A DNA stretch of 64,000 nt from Camelus ferus (lineage: Eukaryota): assembly GCF_009834535.1 (NCBI RefSeq), contig NC_045697.1, forward strand, positions 89,964,001-90,028,000, written 5' to 3'. This document shows positions 63,781-64,000 of this stretch, in pieces; position 1 is the first letter of the stretch, and each line of letters opens with the position of its first letter. The notes beneath the pieces are model-generated. The model saw nothing but the letters and a program-made list of their open reading frames with translations, did not search any database and was not told the DNA's origin. A program made the translations under genes and the position numbers.

Positions 63781-64000
63781 AAAAAAAGAATATGCATTAT
63801 AAAGGATATACGTCTGCTATAATAATTCATTAAAATGAAAGGAAGAAGAAAAAGAGAAAGAAGCAGGAAGAAAAGAGGAAGAAGAAGTAGGAGGAGAAGA
63901 AGGGAGGGAAGTAGTCACTTCTCATAGGGACTGATTTCTTTCCATTGACTTGAAACCAAGTAGGGCCCTGCGAAGCCTTCCAGGTGACAGACCTTCCTGT

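Overview
AT-rich, CpG-depleted mammalian (eutherian) genomic DNA rich in LINE-1, L2, MIR, MaLR/ERV LTRs and hAT DNA-transposon fossils. There are no primate, rodent, ruminant, pig or carnivore SINEs, and the youngest L1 3' UTR resembles camelid L1, so a camelid source is inferred but not proven. No intact protein-coding gene, RNA gene or prokaryotic feature is visible. The main signal is a chain of about 30 minus-strand exon-like blocks in the repeat-free intervals between ~59.3 kb and ~2.7 kb. They have acceptor and donor motifs, mostly compatible phases and protein-like translations, but carry many nonsense codons, probable frameshifts, several mutated splice dinucleotides and one young L1 inserted inside an exon. 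I read this as the fossil of a large intron-containing gene (unprocessed, probably unitary pseudogene; about 6-6.5 kb of exon sequence if all calls hold) whose protein I cannot identify. Individual exon boundaries and frames were read by eye and some will be wrong. Repeat family names are from recalled consensus features.
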